DNA of 64,000 nucleotides, from the IMG/VR virus record IMGVR_UViG_3300025011_000016; one strand, written 5' to 3'. Shown one piece after another: positions 59,580 through 64,000 of this stretch (positions within the stretch are counted from its first letter, which is position 1; each line of letters opens with the position of its first letter). The notes under the pieces are model-generated. The model did no database searches and was not told where the DNA came from. It worked only from the letters and a program-made list of their open reading frames with translations. The translations under genes and the position numbers were made by a program. The stretch comes from a virus (lineage: Duplodnaviria; Caudoviricetes).

Positions 59580-61655
59580 TTGTCAGACAATGGTTTGATT
59601 AGTATACATGAATTAAATCATACTATAGGAGATAAACTTACGACTTTAACACATACTAAATCTGGTGTAGATTCAAATGGTATTTATACTATAGTGGCTC
59701 ATAAACGTCCAGATAATACAATAGCTAGAGTTACTACACTTACTGGTGGAGTTTCACCTAGTTATGATACATTAAAAATTGAATCATATAAATTAGATGG
59801 TATAACTATTGAAACTACTGAAAATATATCACTAACATATGATGCCAATAATCAACCTATAATATCTAATGATTTAATGAAATTGCATGGGTTAGTTGAA
59901 GCCTCCTTTAATGCGTATAAGGCTGATAATGCGATACAATTACTAGACAATGCGATAAGTCCAGATATCTTTACAGGAACTGATTATCAAAAAGTACAAC
60001 AAGCATTAGACAACGCTATAGTAACCAATATAATGAGATTACCCAACACGACATACACCATTAATGAGTTGGTTACAATAGGTAGCGTTATTTCTGTTGC
60101 AATTTATAAGTGTACAGTTGCTGGTACTACTTCTTCGACCCTCAGTACATCTATCGTGTGGCCTAACAATGTTGGAGATACGATTGTAGACGGTGCTGTA
60201 ACTTGGATGGTTGTTAATACCCCTAGAAGGGCTGTTAAGTTTGCTAGAATGTACGACATAACAGGACAAGGAGCATTATTGATTAATAAATTACCGGACG
60301 CTCAAGACAGAAATGTTTTATATATAATAGGCGTTGGTGGGGGCATTATAAAAAATGATGCTGGATTCATTTTTACGTCCATAGTGGAAAATGTTGGCGA
60401 TATAAATGAAAGTTCTATGCGATACCATAGCATAACAGGGGCTGGGACTATGGTGTGGGATGGAGAAAAGATAATTCGTACAAAGTCCCATGATTTTAAT
60501 TGCAGAAACGTCGATTCTATTATCTATTCCCCTAATAGATATATACAATCTATGCAATTTTTTCATGGTAATATAACAGGTGGTGCTGGTTGGGCCGCAG
60601 GGTTTAAGGAAAGTTACGACAGTACCTTTGATGATATTTTGATCGAATTAAGGGAGAATGGTATAGGTAACACGGAAGGACTCGCTGGGTTCCAAAATCG
60701 CAATTTAAGGATAACCAATAACGTTATTGAATCATTAACAGGGATCGCGATACAAGTTGGTAGTTGTTTAGGTGGGGCAATTGAAGATAATTACCTTGAA
60801 CATAATAAGGTAGCAGATATCGACCTACACACCATTAATAAATGGTATCACTATGGATTGGGAACTAAGGGTAATAGGATATCTATGCACACGGATAGAC
60901 TAGTTAGGCAACCTGGTTTATGGACTCGAAATACTGTATATGCTCTAAATGCGTACGTAGTTTCAGACGTTACGCCATATCACATTCATAAATGTATCGT
61001 GGCTGGGACAAGCGGAGGTTCCGGGGGTACTTATCCATTATTCTCAACAACTCCCGGTGGTACAGTAGTTGATGGTACTGTTACGTGGCAAGAAGTAGAT
61101 GCACCTTTGGGAGCAGCAGGAATAGTGGTTGGTAGTACGTTTTATGCTACTACTGCCGTACAGTTTGACAATGAAAAATCCTCGTGTGTCTTTCAGAATA
61201 ATAGTTGTGATGGTGACTTATATTTAAAACTTGGAACAGGATTGTTAGTTAGCAATGGCGATTACTCACTATTAACAAAACTATTAACTAATAATAATAT
61301 TATAGTAGCGACAGGTGTTAATCGTGTGGCTAACCAACCCCAAAACACACCCATTCCCGATAATAGATCAAGTGGAATAATACGGGGGTATAGATACCCG
61401 ACCACAGTAACCCTATTGGCATCTGAAACAAAAGTCGTTACCATACCTATAATAAATGGTATCTTTTATGCCCCAATAAAACCCGAGGACAGTATATCTC
61501 TATACTGTTCACCCTGCGACAATGTTCAGATTTTATCAATGGAACCTAGTCATATATCGGCGAACATTGGTCAGGTTAAGGTTAATCTAAGAAACCTCAC
61601 AGCCGCCGAGTTAACATTTACGCTTACAATTGCTGTGCTGAAAATATTTAGTTAG
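59580..61655 (+). CDS. tailspike / tail-fibre-like protein with a beta-helix region and two carbohydrate-binding-like repeats
   Basis: Two copies of YKC.VAGT......G.T.VDG.VTW, an Asn/Gly/Ile-rich pectin-lyase-like centre, and ALQQALD-like start of the helix region. Confidence 0.55.
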   Translation: MSDNGLISIHELNHTIGDKLTTLTHTKSGVDSNGIYTIVAHKRPDNTIARVTTLTGGVSPSYDTLKIESYKLDGITIETTENISLTYDANNQPIISNDLMKLHGLVEASFNAYKADNAIQLLDNAISPDIFTGTDYQKVQQALDNAIVTNIMRLPNTTYTINELVTIGSVISVAIYKCTVAGTTSSTLSTSIVWPNNVGDTIVDGAVTWMVVNTPRRAVKFARMYDITGQGALLINKLPDAQDRNVLYIIGVGGGIIKNDAGFIFTSIVENVGDINESSMRYHSITGAGTMVWDGEKIIRTKSHDFNCRNVDSIIYSPNRYIQSMQFFHGNITGGAGWAAGFKESYDSTFDDILIELRENGIGNTEGLAGFQNRNLRITNNVIESLTGIAIQVGSCLGGAIEDNYLEHNKVADIDLHTINKWYHYGLGTKGNRISMHTDRLVRQPGLWTRNTVYALNAYVVSDVTPYHIHKCIVAGTSGGSGGTYPLFSTTPGGTVVDGTVTWQEVDAPLGAAGIVVGSTFYATTAVQFDNEKSSCVFQNNSCDGDLYLKLGTGLLVSNGDYSLLTKLLTNNNIIVATGVNRVANQPQNTPIPDNRSSGIIRGYRYPTTVTLLASETKVVTIPIINGIFYAPIKPEDSISLYCSPCDNVQILSMEPSHISANIGQVKVNLRNLTAAELTFTLTIAVLKIFS

Positions 61656-61660
61656 GGAGA

Positions 61661-61942
61661 GTGAAAAAAATGGCTATAATTAATAACGTTGAATTACCTA
61701 GTGGAATTATTGTTGAAAATGCCTATCGAAGAATTAGCGCTGTAAGCGGGAATAAAGAATTATTGGCGCTCTCGCTAGACTCATATATTTCTCAGCAGGC
61801 GTATGCCGAGGGTAAAAGTCTGGTTAATCAACAAGCATTTGCCTTTGCTCCTTCTGTTGATGAAACAGCACTTAATTTTATCAAGCAAGGATATGAATAT
61901 CTTAAAACTTTGCCCGAATTAGCAACCGCAGTTGATGTATAG
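61661..61942 (+). CDS. small protein accompanying the tail fibre or spike
   Basis: GGGAG RBS, coupled to the upstream gene. NAY.RI...G.K and Q.Y.YLKTLPE..AVDV are typical of fibre-adjacent genes. Confidence 0.6.
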   Translation: MKKMAIINNVELPSGIIVENAYRRISAVSGNKELLALSLDSYISQQAYAEGKSLVNQQAFAFAPSVDETALNFIKQGYEYLKTLPELATAVDV

Positions 61943-62039
61943 TTGACGCATTATACGACATAGATGATATTAAGTAAAATTCTAATTTTAAAATAATTAA
62001 TACTCGATAGATTAATCTATCGAGTATTAATTATTCGTT

Positions 62040-62513
62040 TTATTTGTGTGATCCACGGACTGGAATGGACGAATTTAGTTCACCGTGAACTTTAGCGGCA
62101 ACGCTCTTAACAATATTGGATTTTGTTCGCTGGGCGTTACTAACGGCTTGGCGAGCCATACGCTCTGCCTGGGCCCCATATTTCTTGTCAAGGAAATTTT
62201 CCAAGGCCCGTTCAATTCTCCATATAGTTATCAATTTTTTGAATTTAACATCTTTACGGGCTTTGGCGATTTCAAATATCGCCATCTTTTTCGCACGACT
62301 CATTTTAGCCTTTTTGTCTAAACGGACAATGGTTTTTTCGAGAAGGACTTGATCCCGTAATGCCGCTTGAACTTCTGTATGGTTTTCACAAAATGCATGT
62401 AATTCATCAGTAGTCATAACGTCTAACATAGCAGCCTCCATAATGAGGGCTTGAGATTCTGTACTAATTTCTTCAGTGCCAGATTCCAGTCCAGCGTCTT
62501 TACCAAAAATCAT
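62040..62513 (-). CDS. hypothetical, probably abundant virion protein
   Basis: Own late-type promoter, AGGAG RBS, strong codon bias, acidic N-terminus with LES/MEA sites and a basic C-terminus. Confidence 0.75.
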   Translation of the reverse strand: MIFGKDAGLESGTEEISTESQALIMEAAMLDVMTTDELHAFCENHTEVQAALRDQVLLEKTIVRLDKKAKMSRAKKMAIFEIAKARKDVKFKKLITIWRIERALENFLDKKYGAQAERMARQAVSNAQRTKSNIVKSVAAKVHGELNSSIPVRGSHK

Positions 62514-62671
62514 TATTCTTCAACTCCTATAAACATTTTTTATTTAATTGTTCATTAATATATTTTTACCACCATATGAAAACTAATTTCTATAGTAGAT
62601 AACAAATTAATGTCTTATTAACATTTTAATAAATATGAATTTATATATTATTAATTTAGTATTATAAAGAA

Positions 62672-63094
62672 ATGAGGATGATTTATATGTCAGAAAGAAG
62701 TACAGTAGTTATATTATTAAATAGTTCCGCTTATTTAAAAGGTGTAAAATGGATGAAAGATAACTCTATTTCAGATGAAAATAATCTATTGAAAAGTAAT
62801 GGTAATGTATATTATTTAAAAACCGGACATATTATTTTATTCTTTGAAGATAGTAAATGGTATTCTCATATTCAAGACGTCGGTAATATGATGCAGTTAT
62901 TAGCAACTCTTGATGATGAAGAATATCGTTTCGTTGAAGTTGATGGTTATGGTGGGGTTAATGAGATGGGTGATAATGATGGTCATGAGTTATATGCATA
63001 CACCCACTTAGTCATGCCTGATTTAAAATCCGAAGCAATAAAACTTGATCCAACTAAATATTATATCTTTATTAATATAAATGATGGTGAATGA
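62672..63094 (+). CDS. hypothetical protein (paralog of 63081..63491)
   Basis: Shares LL...AY, NLLKS..N.Y.L..G..LL and P..YYIFI with the next ORF. Confidence 0.75.
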   Translation: MRMIYMSERSTVVILLNSSAYLKGVKWMKDNSISDENNLLKSNGNVYYLKTGHIILFFEDSKWYSHIQDVGNMMQLLATLDDEEYRFVEVDGYGGVNEMGDNDGHELYAYTHLVMPDLKSEAIKLDPTKYYIFININDGE

Positions 63095-63491
63095 TATGAT
63101 TGTTTTATTATTAACAGGTGAAGCTTACGAAAAGATATTACTAGAATTATCAAACGATGCTGTTAGTGATGAGTTTAATTTGCTTAAAAGTTATGATAAT
63201 CTTTATTTATTACCCAGTGGAAATGTATTGTTATATATTGAATCTGATGATAATTATGATGATCAGGATATAGTTTTGGATGAGTATTTGGAAGAACATC
63301 TTGCTCTATGTGATTATCGTCTTATACGAATGAACTATGGTAATGTTGAATGGGACTGGGGTAGTTTATCAGCAGAAGAATTATATACTCTACATATCTG
63401 TACAATGCTTGATGAACCAGATTTACCTAAATTAAAACATATTGAACCTAATAGATATTATATCTTTATTAAAGTAGGTAATGTTAAATGA
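63081..63491 (+). CDS. hypothetical protein (paralog of 62672..63094)
   Basis: Tandem paralog, same shared motifs. Confidence 0.75.
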   Translation: MMVNDMIVLLLTGEAYEKILLELSNDAVSDEFNLLKSYDNLYLLPSGNVLLYIESDDNYDDQDIVLDEYLEEHLALCDYRLIRMNYGNVEWDWGSLSAEELYTLHICTMLDEPDLPKLKHIEPNRYYIFIKVGNVK

Positions 63492-64000
63492 GTAAACAAG
63501 GTAAATTTCTAACTGATTGGAAAAATCATTATGTATCTATATTCTCTACCATGTACCCTGATTTAAACGAGAAGGAACTTAGTAAATTCATTAAAAGCAT
63601 TGCTTCGGAAAGAGCAGTTAGTCCAAAAGGAAAAATTCATAATAACTATAACCATAAGGAGATAGACGTTGATTTACTTACTTTAATTGATTGGTATGAC
63701 AGAACTAAACCTATAGCTGCTGGATTTGGAGTATTCTTTAAGAATCAGGATCAAGAACTCAATCCCTCAGCAGTAATGTTGGATAATTTCCTAACTTTAA
63801 GAAAATCATATAAGGACAAACTTAAAGAATTTGACAGGAAATCATATGAGTATGCCACATTTGATAGGCTTCAGGGAACTGAGAAAATCAACGCAAATTC
63901 CTTCTATGGCTGTTCCGGGAACCGAAAATCAAACTTCTTCAACCTCTATACGGCCAGTAGTACAACATCTACTGGCCAATCTATAATATCTACAACAGAG
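63488..64000 (+). CDS. polB: split family-B DNA polymerase, C-terminal (catalytic) chain, 5' part (runs off the window; not in the ORF track)
   Basis: ATG 63488 overlaps the upstream stop and is open to the window end. Contains motif B as KINANSFYG (KxxxNSxYG), preceded by L..RK.YK. Confidence 0.82.
   Translation, partial: MSKQGKFLTDWKNHYVSIFSTMYPDLNEKELSKFIKSIASERAVSPKGKIHNNYNHKEIDVDLLTLIDWYDRTKPIAAGFGVFFKNQDQELNPSAVMLDNFLTLRKSYKDKLKEFDRKSYEYATFDRLQGTEKINANSFYGCSGNRKSNFFNLYTASSTTSTGQSIISTTE

Noticed and set aside
6492-62352. Many short opposite-strand or nested ORFs in the track (e.g. 8146..8568, 9449..9751, 21222..21620, 31643..32146, 34887..35297, 45609..45878, 62085..62321)
   Set aside because: They are shadows of longer, well-supported genes, with no RBS or recognisable motifs.
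1-64000. tRNA or rRNA genes
   Set aside because: I recognised no cloverleaf with T-loop/CCA features and no rRNA-like segment. A tRNAscan run would be needed to exclude them formally.

Overview
This is a very AT-rich segment of a jumbo myovirus of the AR9/PBS1-phiKZ type, probably infecting a Firmicute (GGAGG-type RBSs). It encodes split multisubunit RNA polymerase chains (beta N-half, beta C-half, beta' C-half, plus a probable extra beta'-C-terminal fragment) and a split family-B DNA polymerase. Other replication and accessory genes include an NAD-dependent ligase, an SbcC-like ATPase, an SF2 helicase, ParA and Dps. The morphogenesis module has portal, tail tube, tail sheath, terminase, major capsid, prohead protease, a neck protein and a tailspike-like protein. 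The main feature, missed by the ORF track, is 24 related group I introns (about 12.8 kb, ~20% of the window) in seven essential genes. I placed every junction by hand from the P/Q/R/S core motifs, the U-G pair of P1 and the terminal G. In all seven genes the joined exons give an intact reading frame and restore conserved motifs, with micro-exons as short as 6 nt. Eighteen introns have no ORF and four carry an HNH endonuclease in P6. Two (in ligA and terL) carry an apparently intact TnpB looped out of P9.1, with no tnpA. These are IStron-like elements built from the phage's own intron family that may act as RNA-guided homing introns. No splicing or activity has been tested, and family assignments come from motifs recognised by eye, not database searches.
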